From an uncultured delta proteobacterium (GTDB lineage Bacteria; Desulfobacterota; Binatia; Binatales; Binataceae), in contig CAVXXK010000001.1 in assembly GCA_963765675.1 (NCBI GenBank), positions 576,001-640,000 on the forward strand: a stretch of DNA of 64,000 nt, written 5' to 3'. Position 1 is the first letter of the stretch; each line of letters opens with the position of its first letter. Shown piece by piece: positions 51,477 through 61,638 of the stretch. The notes under the pieces were generated by a model. It saw only the letters and a program-made list of their open reading frames with translations. It did not search any database and had not been told where the DNA came from. Made by a program: the position numbers and the translations under genes.

Positions 51477-52943
51477 ATGACGATGGAAGCAATCAGCCGG
51501 AGCGCGGAGATGGAATCCGATGGACGGCTGATCGTCGTGACCAACCGGGCACCGGTGAAGATAGTCACTCGCGACGACGCGATCCGGGTCGAGACCACAG
51601 TCGGCGGAGTCGCGACGGCGTTCGTCCAGTTGCTCGAGAAATTCGGCGGACTGTGGATCGCCTGGTCAGGCAGCACCGAGGATTTCGGTTCGCTCAGGCT
51701 CCCGGTCGATAATCCACGCTTCTCGATGATCTTGAAGGGGCTCACAGAAGCCGAAACCACGCAGTACTACTGGGGCATGTGCAACCGCGGGTTGTGGCCG
51801 CTGATGCATCAGATGACGGCGAACTGCCGGTTCAACACCCGAGACTGGGTGACTTATCGAGCAGTCAATCAGAGCTTCGCCAATCAATGTCTCGCGCAGG
51901 CGCGCGCCGGCGATACGATTTGGATTCAGGATTTTCATCTGGCGCTGATGCCCGCGATGGTGCGGCGGCAGGCGCCGCATCTGCCAATCGGGGTCTTCTG
52001 GCATGTGCCTTTCCCGCCCGAAGAAGTGCTCAGTAAATTTCCGTGGCGCGACGAATTGCTCGAAGGGATGCTCGGCGCGGATTTGATTGGCTTTCAGACC
52101 GAGGAGCATAGCCGCGCGTTCCTCGAATGCTGCCAGAACCTGCCCGGGGCCGAAGTCGATCGTGAAAACGGCATCGTCATCCGTGGCGGGCACACGGTCC
52201 ACGTCGGCACGTTTCCGATCGGCGCGCCACTCGATAGTTTCCAGCGCTTTGCGGCTGATCCCCACACCGCGCGCCGCGTTCGGCAAATCAGACGCGGAGT
52301 TTACGTCGAAAAATTGATCCTCGGAGTCGATCGGCTCGACTACACCAAGGGACTGCTCGAACGGCTGATGGCATTCGAGCGATTTCTCGAGCGTCATCCG
52401 CGCTACGAAGGACGCGTCACCATGCTGCAGATCGCGGTGCCCTCGCGCACGCGCGTGCCTGAATACATGATGCTGCGGCGGCAGATCGAAGAGCGGGTCG
52501 CGCGAATCGTCGCGCGGTTTTTTCACGACGGATGGTTTCCCGTGCGCTATCTTTACAAACAGTATCCGCCGCAGACGGTGGCCGCATATTATCGCGCCGC
52601 GGATGTCGCGATGGTCACACCGCTGCGCGACGGGATGAACCTCGTCGCCAAGGAATACGTCGCCTCGCGCGTTGACGGTGACGGCGTTCTGGTACTGAGC
52701 AAGCAGGCGGGGGCAGCGAACGAGTTGAAGGAAGCGCTGATAGTCGACCCTACGAATATTGAAGAGCTGGCATCCTCGCTTAAGCGGGCGATCGAGATGG
52801 AACCAGACGAGCGCCGCGCCCGGATGCGCATGCTACGCGCCCGAATCGCCACCAACACCCTAACCGACTGGGCCGACGGCTTCCTGACCGCCCTGCACGA
52901 GGCGCATCAAGTATCACCGGCTCGGCGGACTCTGGCCGTATAG
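51477..52943 (+). CDS. otsA: Trehalose-6-phosphate synthase
   Basis: LIVVTNR.P, WIQDFHL, FWHVPFP, GVDRLDYTKG, DGMNLVAKEY. Confidence 0.93.
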   Translation: MTMEAISRSAEMESDGRLIVVTNRAPVKIVTRDDAIRVETTVGGVATAFVQLLEKFGGLWIAWSGSTEDFGSLRLPVDNPRFSMILKGLTEAETTQYYWGMCNRGLWPLMHQMTANCRFNTRDWVTYRAVNQSFANQCLAQARAGDTIWIQDFHLALMPAMVRRQAPHLPIGVFWHVPFPPEEVLSKFPWRDELLEGMLGADLIGFQTEEHSRAFLECCQNLPGAEVDRENGIVIRGGHTVHVGTFPIGAPLDSFQRFAADPHTARRVRQIRRGVYVEKLILGVDRLDYTKGLLERLMAFERFLERHPRYEGRVTMLQIAVPSRTRVPEYMMLRRQIEERVARIVARFFHDGWFPVRYLYKQYPPQTVAAYYRAADVAMVTPLRDGMNLVAKEYVASRVDGDGVLVLSKQAGAANELKEALIVDPTNIEELASSLKRAIEMEPDERRARMRMLRARIATNTLTDWADGFLTALHEAHQVSPARRTLAV

Positions 52944-52995
52944 AAAGACTCCGAATCGCGCGCGATTATCGCCCCGCAAAGACGAGATCCGCCAA

Positions 52996-53490
52996 ATAAA
53001 TCTCTAGGCTTATGCGTTCAACAGCCCATCCAACTTTGGTGATCCGCTTGGGCTCAAAAGCGGCAGCGCTGGTGGTGGCGGTGGCGGAGGTCCTCAGCAT
53101 TGGTCGTGGGATTCGAAAAACCAATGGTGGGATATAACGGTCCCCGGGGTGGAGGGATACTGGATCTTTCTGGGTAATTACTACGCGGGCGTCAATTCGG
53201 GCGCCACAGGGAATCTGTCGCCGATGTCGGCGTTGACCGTAACGTCTAGAGAGGAAATCATTGAGGGACTCGTGTATTTTCTCGGGCCTAAGGTGCGTTT
53301 GCTCGCGCCGATGTTGAACGACGGCGCATTGCTGACCCTTTTACTAGAGCAGGAGGCACAAGCGGCCGCGCGCGCGGCGATGATGGCAACTATCGCTGCC
53401 GACGGCGCAATAGTCGGCACGGCTGCGGCAATAATAGTTTTGACGCCAACAGAGACGGGCTGTGGGCCCGGTGAAACGTGTTCTCCCTGA
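52996..53490 (+). pseudogene. Orphan Rhs core-end motif plus C-terminal (toxin-type) domain
   Basis: One frame reads INL*AYAFNSPSNFGDPLGL (the Rhs end motif, with TAG at the Tyr) and then stays open for about 145 codons to 53490. Confidence 0.72.
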
Positions 53491-53716
53491 ACGCTCCCGA
53501 GCCGCGTTTTCAGCGCTTGGACCACCGGTCATTTGCAGCGAACAAATCGCAACCAGCGGAAATGTCTTCGGCCTATGCCAATCGCTCGCCGACCAGTTTC
53601 CTGAAGCACGATCGCTATATACGAAGAGCTCTCTTCACCCGCATTGGTCACCTGGCGGACAGGGCTAGGCTGCCCGAAACGGAATGATTCTACGAAAAGC
53701 GAACCGCTCCCTGGGA

Positions 53717-55660
53717 CTAATCCGGGGAGCGGATTTCAATTTCGCGGCGGGCGCCGGAAGAAAGCTTTATGCTTCGAGGCGCGGTGCTCGAGGCGTCGGC
53801 GCGCGAGGTGTCGAGCGTCAGGCCGCGGGTTTGCTCGGTGAAGAGCCTGGCGTAGGTTCCGCCGCGGCGCAGCAGTTCGCTATGCGTTCCGACCTCGACC
53901 ACGCTGCCCTTGTCGAGCACCACGATCAGGTCCGCCGTCATCGCACTGCGCAGGCGATGCGCGATCAGGAAGACCGTGCGGCCGTCCATCAGGCGCTCCA
54001 TCGCTTCGTGGATCAGATTCTCCGACTCGGAATCGACCGCCGAGGTCGCTTCGTCGAGGATCACGATCTTCGAATCCTTCAGGAAGGCGCGCGCGAGCGC
54101 CAGGCGTTGGCGTTGTCCGCCGGAGATCTTCACGCCGCGCTCGCCGATAACCGTGTCGAGCCGGTCCGGCAGCTCTTCGACGAACTCGGCCAGGTTCGCC
54201 ATCTCGAGCGCCTGCCAGAGCATCGCTTCGGTCGCCTCGGGGCGCGCGTAGAGCAGATTGTCGCGGACGGTGGCGCTGAACAGCAGCGCTTCCTGGGTTA
54301 CCAGGCTTACGCTGTCGCGCAGCGACTTGAGCGTGAAGTGGCGCACGTCCTTGCCGTCGACCAGAACTCTGCCGGTCGTGGTGTCGTAGAAGCGCGGGAT
54401 CAGATTGGCCAGCGTGGTCTTGCCCGCGCCCGAGCGGCCGACCAGCGCGACGCGCGCGCCGCCCTGCACGTGCAGATCGATCTGATTGAGCACGTTGCGG
54501 CGCTCGCTGCCGTCGCGCGGCGTGTAGCTGAAATTGACGCCCTCGAAATCCACCGAGCCCTTCTTCACCTTGAACGGGCGGGCCAGGGGATGATCGGTGA
54601 TTTCGGGTTTGAGATCGAGAAAGCCGAAGATCCGCTCGATCGCCGCCATCGAGGCCGACACGATCACTGAAAGCTGCGCGAAACGCTCCAGCGGCAGATA
54701 CAGGAATCCGAGGTAGGTGAAGAAGGCGATGAGCGTGCCGAGCGTGATACTTCCGCGCATGATCATCAGTGCGCCAACCCATACCACTACGATCGGCGCG
54801 CTGCGGGTCAGAAGCTGAATCAACATCTCCTGCGCGGCTGCCAGCCGAACCTTGTCGACCGAACGCGCGTAGAGCTGTTCACCGCGGCCGCGGAAGCGAT
54901 CAATTTCCTGAGCCTCGCGTCCGAACGACTTGACGGTGGCCGCGCCGACGACGCGCTCGTGAACCTCGGCGTTGATGTCGGCGACCGCCTCTTGCATCCG
55001 ATGGCTGACGGCCTTGATGCGCGGCGAAAAGACGCGCATGAACGTGACCCATACCGGCGCGATCGCAATCGCCACCAGCGCAAGCCGCCAGTCCATCGCA
55101 AACAGCACCAAGATGACCAGGCCGAGCGAGACCGCGTCCATCCAGACGTCGATCAGAGCCGAGCTGACGAGCTCATTGGCCTGGGAGACGTCGTTCAGGA
55201 CTCGCGAAACAACCATGCCCGACGGGTTACGGTCGAAAAACGAATGTGGCAGCCGCTGCAGATGCGCGAACAGCTTGCATTGGATGTCGAAGATGAGATG
55301 GTTGCCGGCGATTCCGCCCCAGTAGTTGCGATAATAGCTCGCGACAGATTGAATCGCGTAAAGCGCCAGCATCGCGATGCTCAGCACCGCAAGCTTGTCT
55401 TGCGCAGTGACGCCGAGCCCGAGCAGAGTGGCGGCGTGAATGCATAGATGGTCGATAGTACCGCTGATCGCGTCCATTTTGGGCTGCGAAGCGACCAGAA
55501 CGTCGATGACGTATTTGAAGGCTAGGGGGAAGGCGAGCGGAAGCGTGAATTTACCGACACCCATCAAGGCTGCCCCGATGACATACCTCATATGGGGCCT
55601 TATGTACGCTAAAAATCTGACCAGAGGGCGGTCCGAGGGAGAAATAGCGCTGTTGTCCAC
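53717..55660 (-). CDS. ABC exporter, fused TMD-NBD (MsbA/Sav1866-like)
   Basis: GRSGAGKT, ISGGQRQR, ILDEATS, IAHRL, and an N-terminal TM domain. GTG start after AAAGG. Confidence 0.92.
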   Translation of the reverse strand: MDNSAISPSDRPLVRFLAYIRPHMRYVIGAALMGVGKFTLPLAFPLAFKYVIDVLVASQPKMDAISGTIDHLCIHAATLLGLGVTAQDKLAVLSIAMLALYAIQSVASYYRNYWGGIAGNHLIFDIQCKLFAHLQRLPHSFFDRNPSGMVVSRVLNDVSQANELVSSALIDVWMDAVSLGLVILVLFAMDWRLALVAIAIAPVWVTFMRVFSPRIKAVSHRMQEAVADINAEVHERVVGAATVKSFGREAQEIDRFRGRGEQLYARSVDKVRLAAAQEMLIQLLTRSAPIVVVWVGALMIMRGSITLGTLIAFFTYLGFLYLPLERFAQLSVIVSASMAAIERIFGFLDLKPEITDHPLARPFKVKKGSVDFEGVNFSYTPRDGSERRNVLNQIDLHVQGGARVALVGRSGAGKTTLANLIPRFYDTTTGRVLVDGKDVRHFTLKSLRDSVSLVTQEALLFSATVRDNLLYARPEATEAMLWQALEMANLAEFVEELPDRLDTVIGERGVKISGGQRQRLALARAFLKDSKIVILDEATSAVDSESENLIHEAMERLMDGRTVFLIAHRLRSAMTADLIVVLDKGSVVEVGTHSELLRRGGTYARLFTEQTRGLTLDTSRADASSTAPRSIKLSSGARREIEIRSPD

Positions 55661-55935
55661 TAGCCTTTCCTTTGCGCGATGCTGAGATCCGGTCAAAAAA
55701 ACAGATGCAATTTGAACAACTGCAACTGTCGTACCCCTTCGGACTGCCAAAAAGTGCAGGTATCTCAAGGATTTTTCTGATGTCCTCGTGACCGCCTCCA
55801 TACGGTTTGGTAGGCTGTCTGCCTCATTTCGGAAAGTCGCCGGAGGGCGTCTGTTGAACGATCTGACTCGGTCCTGTTGGCCGCGAGCGAAATAAGAGCG
55901 ATAGTCATCGCACCGAAAGCACCGACCTGGGCAAG

Positions 55936-57312
55936 ATGGGGCGATGGATGGGGCAGACGACGGCGCAACGGACCGGTGCCGGGGTGAATGATCGGTCTGG
56001 GCAGAGCGAGGCTTCGGCGTCGGCTTCGTTCGCGATTATCGCCGCGATCGTTATCCTGCTGGTCTATCAGGGTTACACGCTATCGGTGGCGGGAGTCGCC
56101 TCACCCTGGATCGCAAAGAGCTTCGATCTCACCCAACCCGAGCTCGCGCGATTGTTCGCCTGGATGTCTATCTCGGCGTTCGGTTCGCTGTTGCTCGCGC
56201 GATTGGCGGACAAAGTCGGTCGGCGGCGGATAATTATCGCGAGTCTCTTCCTGACACCGATTTTTTCCGCGGGCGCGGCGATCTCACCGCATGCGATTTC
56301 CTTTGCGGTGTTTCAGATCCTCATCTCGGCGCTGCTCGGCGGATCGGTCTCGTCGGCGATCGTCCTGCTGGCGGAGGAATTGCCCGTCGAGCGGCGCGCG
56401 CAAGGCCAAGGCTTCGCGGCCTTCGCGAGCGCGGTCGGCGGCGTGCTCGGATACTTGCTGATCCCATTCCTGCTCAAATGGGGATATTCGTGGCGATGGC
56501 TCCTGGCACCGTCCGTAGCGGGGGCGGTCCTGGTCTGGCCGGTCGCGCGGATGCTGCCGGCGGAGAAACGCTTCGCGCGCAAGCATGCGATCCAGTCGCG
56601 CACCCAGAGCCATTTTTACGACATCCTGCATCCGCTATACCGCCGCCGATCGCTGACTCTGCTCGCCTGCGCCGCGCTCGACACGATGGCGGGAACAGCA
56701 GTCAACGGATGGCTCTATTTCGAGGCGGTCTCGATAATCGGCCTCGCACCCGGCAACGCGAGCACGCTGGTGGTCGTCGGGATGGTGGTCGGGATGGTCG
56801 GGTTTCCGATCGGGGCGTGGACCTCGGAGCATCTGGGGCGCGTTCCGACCGTCGCATGGTTCGGCGGCGCGGCGTGGCTCGGCGCGATCGGGTTTTATTG
56901 GGGTCCGGCCGGCACCACGAGCCATCCGATGTTTTTTCTTCTCGCCACTTATTGCTGGTTCAAGGTCGGTTCATCGATCATGACGGTTGGCGCAAACGCC
57001 GCGGCAACCGAACTGTTTCCAGCCGACCTGCGCACCACGATGGTTGGATGGCAGATGATCACGGGCGCAATCTTCTCGATGCTGGCGCAGGTGGTAATTT
57101 CCGGGCTCATCGGGCCGCTCGGCGGACTCGAAAATGTGATCCGGTACTTTGCGCTGCTCGGGATTCCCAGCGCGATCCTGTTCGGCGCATTTATCGACGA
57201 GACGCGCGGAATGACGCTTGCGGCGTCGTCGAAAGAAGCGCTTTGGGATCGGCTGCGTGGCCTGCCCAAGGACAATCCTGAAGAAGCAGCAGCGGAAAAT
57301 TCCTCCAAATAG
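55936..57312 (+). CDS. MFS transporter
   Basis: LADKVGRRR, AEELP..RR, ELFPADLRTT, DETRG; about 12 TM segments. Start uncertain. Confidence 0.88.
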   Translation: MGRWMGQTTAQRTGAGVNDRSGQSEASASASFAIIAAIVILLVYQGYTLSVAGVASPWIAKSFDLTQPELARLFAWMSISAFGSLLLARLADKVGRRRIIIASLFLTPIFSAGAAISPHAISFAVFQILISALLGGSVSSAIVLLAEELPVERRAQGQGFAAFASAVGGVLGYLLIPFLLKWGYSWRWLLAPSVAGAVLVWPVARMLPAEKRFARKHAIQSRTQSHFYDILHPLYRRRSLTLLACAALDTMAGTAVNGWLYFEAVSIIGLAPGNASTLVVVGMVVGMVGFPIGAWTSEHLGRVPTVAWFGGAAWLGAIGFYWGPAGTTSHPMFFLLATYCWFKVGSSIMTVGANAAATELFPADLRTTMVGWQMITGAIFSMLAQVVISGLIGPLGGLENVIRYFALLGIPSAILFGAFIDETRGMTLAASSKEALWDRLRGLPKDNPEEAAAENSSK

Positions 57313-57345
57313 GAACCCAAATCGAACCCACCGCAAATTGAGCCG

Positions 57346-58910
57346 ATGACGACCAGGACCAAATCGCCACTTCGAATTCCGCTTGGAGCATTGGTCGTGC
57401 TCTGGCTCGTGTTCGGTATAGCCGTTCAGGGAATTGCCGCGCGCCATCGCCACGCCAGGCATACGCCCACGCCGAGCGCCTCGCCGACCGCGACGCCCGT
57501 CCCTACAGAGCCGCTGGTGCTCGTAACCGGAGGCGTCGGCTCGTTGCGCTCACTGACCGCGACCAGTCCTACGGTCCTCGACACGGCAGAGGTCTATGAG
57601 CCGGCGGCGGGAGTATTTCTGCCGATCGCTAAAATGAAGGAGCGCCGGGACCGCCAGTTCTCCGTCCGCCTCGAGGACGGCCGCGTGCTGATCGGCGGCG
57701 GCGCCGATACGCTTTTGGTGCCGATGATCCTGTTCCCGGGACCGCCGATGCCCTCGACGCTCGGGTCGACGGAGATTTTCGATCCCGCGACGGGCGCATT
57801 CACTCTCGCAGCCACGATGATCGACGCGCGCGACGAACCCACCGGCACGCTCTTGCCCAGCGGCAAAGTTCTCGTCGCGGGCGGCGGCGATGTCGAAACC
57901 GAACTCTACGATCCAGCCGCGAACAAATTTACCGCGACCGGCAAGCTGAACTCCGCGCGCTTCGGACAAACCGCTACGCTCACCGCCGATGGATTGGTGC
58001 TGATCGCTGGCGGCGGAACCGCCGACGCGGAGATCTACAATCCGGCCACGGGAAAATTCGCAGCCGCCGGCACGATGAGTACCGACCGCATCTACCACAC
58101 CGCGACGCTGCTCGAGGACGGACGCGTGCTGATCGCGGGTGGCAGTCCCTACGCGCGCCGCGCTCCGCTGGACACGACGGATATCTACGACCCAAAGACC
58201 GGCAAGTTCAGCCCCGGACCGAAAATGACCAAGCCGCGCGCCGGTCAGACCGCGACCCTGCTCAAGGACGGCCGCGTGCTTTTAGCTGGAGGCAGCGCGG
58301 ACAATTCCGCCGAGCTTTTCGATCCGGCGACCAACAAATTCACCGCTACATCGCCGATGAACGCGCGCCGGTACGGCCAGTTCGCCGAGCCCCTACCGGA
58401 CGGCAAAGTCTTGATCGGCGGAGGATGGGACGCGAACTATAGCCCACTGGCGAGTGCCGAGCTTTTCGATCCGGCGACGGGTCATTTCACGCCTACCGGG
58501 GAGATGACGCACGCTCGCGCCGGCGCAACCGCAAACCTGATTTCAGCGAAAACTCCGATCACCTGGTTCCTGCCAACTCCAACCGCCACCGCGACTGCGA
58601 CTTCGACGCCGACAGCAACCGCCACGGCGACTCGCGACTTCGACGCCGACAGCAACTGTAACGGCAACTCCAACCCCGACAATGACCGCGACTGCCACCG
58701 CATCAAAGACGCCAACCGCGACTGCAACTGCGAAGCCAATGCATCCGATACGCAGCGACAACCCGACCACCAAACCTTCGCCAAAGCCGGCGCGAACTCC
58801 GGCCATCATCGCGACGGCGACTAGCCGGCTGCGACGATCGCACAACCGCAACGCCGGCCGCGTCCGCATCTCCGCAAGCCTCAAGCACGCCGTCAACGGC
58901 CGACCTCTAG
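57346..58910 (+). CDS. Secreted kelch-repeat protein with a Thr/Ala/Pro-rich tail, frameshifted in the tail
   Basis: Signal peptide; repeated R..HTATLL.DGRVLIAGG...ELYDP blades. The TPTATAT tail continues in shifted frames after about 58632 and probably ends STPSTADL* at 58910. Confidence 0.8.
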
Positions 58911-58955
58911 AGGCTGTCGAAGGGTCGTTGATCATCGACGGTCCTCGATGCTGAG

Positions 58956-59085
58956 GTGTCATTCCGGCGCGTGTGGCGGCCGCGCGCGAGGAATCCCGAG
59001 ACGCTCTTGCACTTACTCGAGTAGCAGATAGGCGAGCGAGCAAGAACGGGATTCCTCGCGCGGCAGCCACGCGCGGGAATGACAC
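58956..59085. repeat. GTCATTCC/GGAATC-type long inverted repeat related to the MITE arms
   Basis: GTGTCATTCC...CGCGAGGAATCCC paired with GGGATTCCTCGCG...GGAATGACAC; arms about 40 bp. Confidence 0.75.
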
Positions 59086-59216
59086 TCGGGACGCGCTGCA
59101 ACAGTCGGAACGCAAATGACCGCCTGTCGAATACTGAAAGCTAATCAAACTCGTCAGCGCGAGAATCCGGTTGCTTAGAGAAGACGATCGATAATTCCCG
59201 AGGCGCGATCTGTAAT

Positions 59217-59289
59217 GACCGGCGAGACGCCGGTCCTACTGAATAAGGCCTAATGCCAGTAGGGCCGCCCCCCTCGGCGGCCTCTTACC
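59217..59289. repeat. Pair of divergently oriented GTAG REP hairpins
   Basis: GACCGGCGAGACGCCGGTC-CTAC (59217-59239) and GTAG-GGCCGCC...GGCGGCC (59259-59282). Confidence 0.65.
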
Positions 59290-59345
59290 TGCGCAAGTGT
59301 CTCAGCTTTGCGGCAACGCGAAAGATTTGAAATACCACCCGATGT

Positions 59346-59364
59346 CAAAGATTAGCCATCTTTG
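59346..59364. promoter_or_regulatory. Candidate ParD operator
   Basis: Perfect palindrome CAAAGAT-N5-ATCTTTG about 38 bp upstream of the antitoxin ATG. Confidence 0.55.
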
Positions 59365-59401
59365 CTATTATCTTGGCGTATCCTGGATTGGAGTAATACC
59401 G

Positions 59402-59677
59402 ATGAATGTCTCTCTAACCCCCGAATTGGAAGAAATCGTCGCCGCGCGCGTCAGCTCGGGCCGCTACGCCTCGGCCAGCGAGGTGATCCGCGAAGCGCTC
59501 CGGCTTTTGGAAGAGCGCGACCAGCTCAATGAGTTGCGCAAAGATGTTCGGCTTGGACTCGAGCAACTCGACCAACGCCGACACCGCCCCTTCGATGCCA
59601 AAGCTGTGGAGCGCATAAAAAGCCAAGGACGGAAACGAGTCGCCGCATCGAACTCGCACAAGGTCCGCTCGCGGTGA
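59402..59677 (+). CDS. parD: Type II antitoxin, ParD (CC2985-like ribbon-helix-helix) family
   Basis: MNVSLTPELEEIV...V.SGRYASASEVIREALRLLEE. Confidence 0.9.
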   Translation: MNVSLTPELEEIVAARVSSGRYASASEVIREALRLLEERDQLNELRKDVRLGLEQLDQRRHRPFDAKAVERIKSQGRKRVAASNSHKVRSR

Positions 59678-59739
59678 GCGAGGTAGTACTTTCAGAACTC
59701 GCCGAGGCCGACATCGCGGCAAGTGGGATTAGCAGGTGA
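59674..59739 (+). pseudogene. Truncated ParE/RelE toxin remnant
   Basis: GTGA overlap with the parD stop; MSEVVLSELAEADIAA matches a ParE N-terminus; stop after 21 codons. Confidence 0.65.
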
Positions 59740-59919
59740 GCAACAGGAGTTTTGGAGGCGACGGTGTACTGCCCTGGGAGAAATCAGTCGGCTAAGCCTT
59801 TGGTCAGAACACTAGCGAAAGCCGCGTACCAGCTGAGTCACGACCCGGACTGTTCCAATCATCGAATCGAGAGCTTAATCTCGTTTCTGGCGCCTTCAAA
59901 CGGCGATAGGTAATCTTGG

Positions 59920-60501
59920 ATGGCCGAAACGATCCAATCAGATGCAGTAGACCTCGGGCCTATCCCACTAGAGCTATTCCAGAAGTGCTATCAGGTGGTC
60001 AGAACGACACATCGCCACAAAGGTGCCGGCGATCTTCCTACGCGGATAACTGCAGCCGGTAAAGATTATATGACGGTTCTCGTGTTGATTCCGGCCAGTA
60101 GGCAATTGATGCGCACGATCGATGCGAGCTTCAAGCTCACGCTATTAACGTGGCTTGCCGGAGGCGCTCTTGTGGCTGGCTCGTTTCTTTTGACGCGCTG
60201 GATGCTTCTGGCTCTGCCGCTCGTCGCGTTTGCCTTGTGGCGACTGAGATCAAGCAAGAAGGATTCTTGGATGTTCGAAGCTAGCGTCTTACTCGCTCTG
60301 GATGTGCTAGCGAATGACTTTGTTGGCTGGGGTACCGCCCTTCCCGCAGCTCGCCGCCAAGCGCTCGAGATCCTGGGAGGTTCTCCTTCCTCGGACTGGC
60401 TGGACTATTACCTTCCTCGTCGGGCGACTCTTGACGCAGAGAAAACTTATAAGGCTATGGGACCGAATGCAGGAATCGGCGCATCGCCAATTTGTTCGTA
60501 A
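59920..60501 (+). CDS. Hypothetical membrane protein
   Basis: 193-aa ORF with two adjacent hydrophobic segments; visibly more AT-rich than the flanks. Confidence 0.55.
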   Translation: MAETIQSDAVDLGPIPLELFQKCYQVVRTTHRHKGAGDLPTRITAAGKDYMTVLVLIPASRQLMRTIDASFKLTLLTWLAGGALVAGSFLLTRWMLLALPLVAFALWRLRSSKKDSWMFEASVLLALDVLANDFVGWGTALPAARRQALEILGGSPSSDWLDYYLPRRATLDAEKTYKAMGPNAGIGASPICS

Positions 60502-60515
60502 AGGGTTTTATCATC

Positions 60516-60821
60516 GTGGACACATTACAATGGCGTAGCCACCGGTGGGCCGTGCCTAACGGTGAAAGAATTGAGAACGTTGGCAAGAAGCGCTGGCGAT
60601 TCACCTGTACGGCATGCGGCAGGGCATTTGTCATGGATCACACAGCCAATCAGAAATGGGCCATAAATCAATACCAGAAGGTTTACTTTGGTGCGTCCGG
60701 GGACCAGGACGCGGCTCTTGAAGAAGGGGTTTCGAAGCGGTGGTTGAATGAGCTTTGTCCAAAAAAATATCTTCCGACTGATGATGTCGATCGGAAGAAA
60801 ATACCGAATGTGAGCGGTTAA
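60516..60821 (+). CDS. Hypothetical protein with a CxxC motif
   Basis: AT-richer ORF containing FTCTACG; no family recognised; start uncertain (60492 or 60516). Confidence 0.45.
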   Translation: MDTLQWRSHRWAVPNGERIENVGKKRWRFTCTACGRAFVMDHTANQKWAINQYQKVYFGASGDQDAALEEGVSKRWLNELCPKKYLPTDDVDRKKIPNVSG

Positions 60822-60831
60822 CCTCAGTGCG

Positions 60832-61029
60832 TCATCGCGTTCCTCCGATGTATTCAAGCAATGCCGCGTTGATCAGAGTCTGATAATTGTCGCCGCCGGC
60901 GCGATCCACTGTGCTTTGAAAATGTTTGATCACGTCATTGTCGAGGCGAATCATGATTCGAGTCTTTCCGGGAGCCGCAGTCACGACGGGACCTCGCCGC
61001 GCCTTGCTGAAATCATATGGTCTTTTCAT
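60832..61029 (-). CDS. BrnA-family antitoxin, copy 1 (shorter C-terminus)
   Basis: YDFSKARRG, KTRIMIRLDNDV..HF, NYQTLINAAL.EY. Confidence 0.75.
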   Translation of the reverse strand: MKRPYDFSKARRGPVVTAAPGKTRIMIRLDNDVIKHFQSTVDRAGGDNYQTLINAALLEYIGGTR

Positions 61030-61090
61030 TCGTGGACAGATGTACACGGAACGGGCTGCTGGATCGACGGTGGGGCGCAGCCCGGCAAGA

Positions 61091-61280
61091 GCTATTCCCT
61101 TACTTCGACGGTGACCGAGTGCGGCTTCTTCAGGACTTCGACGGCTACTGCGGTGTCGGTGCGGCGCATCAGGAGGGAGATCGATTCGGTGCCGACGCGG
61201 AGGTCTTCGAGCTTCAGCCATTGGAGCCAGGTCGGCATCGCGGGTGATTCGATCGTTACGCGTTTGGCGGCGCCGCTGAT
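61091..61280 (-). repeat. 190-bp direct duplicate of the 3' end of the debranching-enzyme gene
   Basis: 188/190 identical to 61638-61827. Confidence 0.92.
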
Positions 61281-61289
61281 CTCCTCGCT

Positions 61290-61559
61290 TCACGCCGGTT
61301 TGGCCAAGGATTCTCTCATCGCGCCGACCTCGGCGCGGACCGCTCGGCGTACGACGGTTTCGAGGCGCGCGCCTCGGATGTATTCGCGCAACGCTTCGTT
61401 GATGAGGGTCTGATAATTGCCGCCGCCGGCACGATCCACGGCGCTCTGAAAATGCTCGATCACGTCGTTGTCGAGCCGAATCGTGATTCGAGTCTTTCCC
61501 GGAGTCGGCGGCACGACCGGGCCTCGCTGCGCCTTGCTGAAATCGTATTGTCTTTTCAT
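61290..61559 (-). CDS. BrnA-family antitoxin, copy 2
   Basis: YDFSKAQRG, KTRITIRLDNDVIEHF, GNYQTLINEALREY. Confidence 0.85.
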   Translation of the reverse strand: MKRQYDFSKAQRGPVVPPTPGKTRITIRLDNDVIEHFQSAVDRAGGGNYQTLINEALREYIRGARLETVVRRAVRAEVGAMRESLAKPA

Positions 61560-61638
61560 TCGTGCATAGATGTACACCGAATTGGCCTCTGGGTCGACGA
61601 CGCGGCCTTATGATCGCGTCAGCGCAATTCGGCGGGGG

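Noticed and set aside
58575-58910. DNA tandem repeat or a separate Asp/Asn-rich C-terminal domain
   Set aside because: It is the codon pattern of a Thr-Ala-Pro linker; the DADSNCN... tail in the ORF track is an out-of-frame reading.
60820-60840. Second selenocysteine read-through at the TGA ending brnA copy 1
   Set aside because: The position does not correspond to a conserved Cys, there is no SECIS-like hairpin, and homology to copy 2 is lost there.
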